Source: Curvularia clavata
Taxonomy: Eukaryota
Direction of reading: 5' to 3'
Assembly: GCA_023920165.1 (NCBI GenBank)
Contig: CP089276.1
Span: 4,402,001-4,466,000, forward strand
Length of the DNA stretch: 64,000 nt
Position 1 is the first letter of the stretch. The number at the start of each line of letters is the position of its first letter. Positions 63,730-64,000 of this stretch are shown in pieces. The position numbers and the translations under genes were made by a program. The notes under the pieces were generated by a model, which made no database searches, was not told the origin of the DNA, and saw only the letters and a list, made by a program, of their open reading frames with translations.

Positions 63730-64000
63730 ATGATTGACTCAATGAACAACTTCATTCCTGATTCGCTCGGTATTAACGACGTCATGAATGAATCTCTTCC
63801 CAGTGGTGCGCCCACCATAGAGAATCAAGAGCACAGAAGCAACTCTTCTATCTCGGAACAAGACTCTTTCGCGCCCCACCCAGCCGGGAGGAAGACCATT
63901 GAGCTTGATCAACAAGGACTAAAGGCTCGTTTGGAGTACCTAGACAAGCTTCTTGCGGTTTCTCAGGCTGTCACCGAAATTACCAGGATCCAGGTTAAAA
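63730..64000 (+). CDS. 5' part of a hypothetical protein running off the window end
   Basis: CAAGATG after a pyrimidine-rich leader. The frame MIDSMNNFIPDSLG..LKARLEYLDKLLAVSQAVTEITRIQVK stays open to 64000. Confidence 0.5.
   Translation, partial: MIDSMNNFIPDSLGINDVMNESLPSGAPTIENQEHRSNSSISEQDSFAPHPAGRKTIELDQQGLKARLEYLDKLLAVSQAVTEITRIQVK

Noticed and set aside
1..64000. tRNA/rRNA genes, CRISPR arrays and TGA-CTA readthrough signals
   Set aside because: None recognised by eye, and the TGA stops I checked are not followed by CTA. A tRNAscan-SE or Infernal run is needed to exclude small ncRNAs.

Overview
Gene-dense, intron-containing eukaryotic DNA from a filamentous ascomycete. A Dothideomycete/Pleosporales origin is an inference from gene content and short GT..CTRAC..YAG introns. 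I can support about 21 protein-coding genes. Housekeeping genes: Ubp12-like deubiquitinase, PKA catalytic subunit, Prp38, coronin, Kar3/KlpA kinesin-14, Sds22, Loa1/Vps66, Psr-type phosphatase, Pex11-family protein, NRT2 nitrate transporter, PAQR protein, GT8-like protein. Accessory genes: caspase-fold protein, Clr5+ankyrin protein, large secreted Cys/Thr-rich protein, amidase, GH11 xylanase, PTH11-like receptor, bilirubin oxidase and a divergent secreted protein of unknown function. The main observations missing from the ORF track are: (1) a complete gene (TATA box, 5'UTR intron, ideal Kozak context) for a 38-aa Cys-rich peptide ending in a CaaX box (32294..32178, minus); (2) a probable ACG (non-AUG) start for the Ubp12-like gene that adds 134 aa with an NLS-like KKRK; (3) a 468-nt in-frame, stop-free intron with a perfect TACTAAC branch point inside the kinesin-14 gene; (4) a candidate receptor/oxidase/secreted-partner module at 54.9-62.8 kb. 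I saw no tRNA, rRNA, CRISPR array or intact transposon. Family assignments come from motif recognition only; no database search was run.
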